IMG/VR virus record: IMGVR_UViG_3300028592_000010
Span: 1 to 60,936 of that record
Origin: a virus
Lineage: Duplodnaviria > Caudoviricetes
Length of the DNA: 60,936 nt
Reading direction: 5' to 3' (one strand)
In this document: positions 59,777 to 60,936 of the stretch, one piece after another
Layout: every line of letters starts with the position of its first letter
Numbering within the stretch: position 1 is the first letter of the stretch
Notes under the pieces: generated by a model
What the model saw: the letters and a program-made list of their open reading frames with translations, nothing else
The model's database searches: none
Told to the model about the DNA's origin: nothing
Position numbers and translations under genes: made by a program

Positions 59777-60799
59777 ATGGCTCACAACCTGGAGATCCGC
59801 GCAGACGGCACCGCCTCGTTCGTTGGCGCTCGCGAGTCCGCATGGCACCGCCTGGGCAAGATCTACGAGGACCGCGATGGCCTGACCATCGCCGAGGTCC
59901 TGAAGGACCTGGACTGCGGCACGATCATGACCGGCCCGGTTCACGGCACCCTCATCACCGAAGATGGCGTGGCCCAGGTTCCCGACTCCACCCGCAAGAT
60001 GACGATGCGTGTGCGCACCGGCGGCGAGATCACTCCGCTCGGCGTGGTCAAGCAGCGCTACCAGGTCGTGCAGGAGTCCGAAGCGTTCGGCTTCATCGAC
60101 GCGGTCGTGGACGCGGGCGAGGGCATCGTCTCCTCGGCCGGCCTGCTCGACGGCGGGCGCCGCGCGTTCTGCTGCCTCAAGCTCCCCAGCAACATCCTCA
60201 TCGGCGGCGTGGACGCGGTCGACATGTACGTCTTCATCGCCACCAGCCACGACGGCACCCTGGCCACGACCGCCGCCGCGACCCCCATCCGGGTGGTCTG
60301 CCAGAACACCCTCACCTACGGCCTCCAGCAGGCCACCCACGTCTGGAAGGTTCGGCACAGCACCAACGCTCTGGGCCGCATCTCCGAGGCGCGGCGCGCG
60401 CTGGACCTGACCTTCAAGTACGAGGAGGCCTGGAAGGTCGAGGCCGAGAAGCTCATCGCCATCAAGATCACCAAGCGGCACTTCGAGCGGATGGCCGGCA
60501 AGCTGTTCCCGGCCCCCAAGGCCGACGCTGCCAAGCTGAGCAAGCTGGCGCACGAGAAGACCATGGACACCCTGATGGGCCTGTGGACCGCCGACACTCA
60601 GGTGGACATCAAGAACACGGCGTGGGGCGCGTTCAACGCTTTCGTCGAGTTCGAGGACTGGTTCACCGGCACCCGGGGCCAGGACGACGCCCTGGCGCAG
60701 CAGTTCTACACCTCGCTGACCTCGGGCCACGGCACGGTCCGCACCAAGGCCGACTTCAAGGACAAGGCCCTGGCCGTGGTCAACGCGGCCACCAAGTAA
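59777..60799 (+). CDS. DUF932-family phage/plasmid protein
   Basis: MAHNLE, AWHRLG, SHDG, TPIRVVCQNTL, RHS, TAWGAFNAFVE. Confidence 0.9.
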   Translation: MAHNLEIRADGTASFVGARESAWHRLGKIYEDRDGLTIAEVLKDLDCGTIMTGPVHGTLITEDGVAQVPDSTRKMTMRVRTGGEITPLGVVKQRYQVVQESEAFGFIDAVVDAGEGIVSSAGLLDGGRRAFCCLKLPSNILIGGVDAVDMYVFIATSHDGTLATTAAATPIRVVCQNTLTYGLQQATHVWKVRHSTNALGRISEARRALDLTFKYEEAWKVEAEKLIAIKITKRHFERMAGKLFPAPKADAAKLSKLAHEKTMDTLMGLWTADTQVDIKNTAWGAFNAFVEFEDWFTGTRGQDDALAQQFYTSLTSGHGTVRTKADFKDKALAVVNAATK

Positions 60800-60803
60800 G
60801 GAC

Positions 60804-60936
60804 CCCCGAGGGGGCCCCGGCTGGGGCCCCCTCACTGCATGTGAGGAGGAGTGTGTTGGAACCGGTTCTGGAGCCGTTCATCGGCGACATCCGGGTGCAG
60901 GCCTACACGTTCCCGTCGCTGGCGGGGCGGCTGCCG
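60804..60936. repeat. Terminal direct repeat, right copy
   Basis: Matches 1-132. Confidence 0.95.

Noticed and set aside
60804-60936. Terminal repeat as a biological DTR or att site
   Set aside because: It cuts through an ORF start region and differs by a homopolymer base; more likely an assembly overlap of a circular contig.
1-60936. Integrase, CRISPR array, reverse transcriptase/DGR, DNA polymerase
   Set aside because: No matching motifs or spaced repeat arrays recognised by eye; an HMM scan is needed to confirm absence.

Overview
This window looks like a complete, circularly closed genome of a high-GC actinobacteriophage (siphovirus-like). Its first 132 nt recur at the very end, with one homopolymer difference. 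I see no integrase or DNA polymerase. Layout: (i) 1-17.6 kb, + strand accessory arm with ParB-like and vWA genes, a DNA-hypermodification cluster (ParB-N, amino acid:DNA transferase-like, flavoenzyme, P-loop kinase, TET/JBP dioxygenase), a TerS-like HTH gene, a displaced tail-like gene and an amidase endolysin. (ii) 17.7-23.9 kb, - strand unit with small ORFs and an unusual set of RNAs: an amber-suppressor tRNA(CUA), a tRNA(CAU), a YrlA-like circularly permuted tRNA mimic and several anticodon-defective tRNA mimics. (iii) 24-53.2 kb, packaging, head, tail and holin genes. (iv) 53.3-60.8 kb, secreted ricin-type lectin, Rep/loader, RecT, HNH and DUF932 genes. The most striking feature lies between the portal and MuF genes. 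A Cys/His peptide tag, FCR(N/A)PLHPGPC(K/R), occurs five times, each time heading a cargo domain (ART-like, two GNAT-like, HExxH peptidase-like, GrpE-like). Several copies follow [LMV][TV]A[ASH] motifs resembling the LTAA site in the capsid precursor. This suggests a modular, proteolytically processed, virion-loaded effector system. All family assignments come from motif recognition by eye, not from database searches.
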